Of a DNA stretch of 64,000 nt, positions 63,957 through 64,000 are shown in pieces. The position numbers and the translations under genes were made by a program. Numbering within the stretch: the stretch's first letter is position 1; every line of letters begins with the position of its first letter. The notes beneath the pieces are model-generated. The model saw only the letters and a list, made by a program, of their open reading frames with translations. It was not told the origin of the DNA and did no database searches. The stretch lies in contig OX597818.1 in NCBI GenBank assembly GCA_951406725.2, forward strand, positions 109,120,001 through 109,184,000. Reading direction: 5' to 3'. The DNA is from Octopus vulgaris (Eukaryota).

Positions 63957-64000
63957 ATATAAGAAAAAAATCATACCTCAAGTTTTGAGTGGTATTCCAG

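Overview
AT-rich, microsatellite-dense animal genomic DNA. The SINE families look like those of octopus/coleoid cephalopods, which is my inference from recalled repeat sequence and not a database match. Almost all ORFs in the track are spurious. The only supportable host coding sequence is two large, phase-0, minus-strand internal exons (30161-30916 and 23140-23655) that splice in frame into a Ser-rich, probably disordered protein I cannot name. The rest is intron-like or intergenic DNA packed with mobile elements: several tRNA-headed SINE families, a fairly young 5'-truncated RTE LINE (34743-36735), a decayed RTE with a PHD-like finger inside its RT and a fold-back 5' end, RTE 3'-end repeats, CR1-like and RLE-type LINE fragments, piggyBac-, Tc1/mariner- and Merlin-type MITEs, and a decayed Ty3/Gypsy element. 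The Gypsy element is interrupted by a very young Penelope-like element (PLE) with about 976-bp near-perfect inverted arms. The most striking feature is a recurring fold-back architecture (inverted arms plus a one-sided unique tail, often in (TA)n) at about 13.0, 15.4, 24.8, 40.5 and 59-61.7 kb. One of these elements carries a complete minimal hammerhead ribozyme on each strand. No rRNA, true tRNA or CRISPR array is supported.
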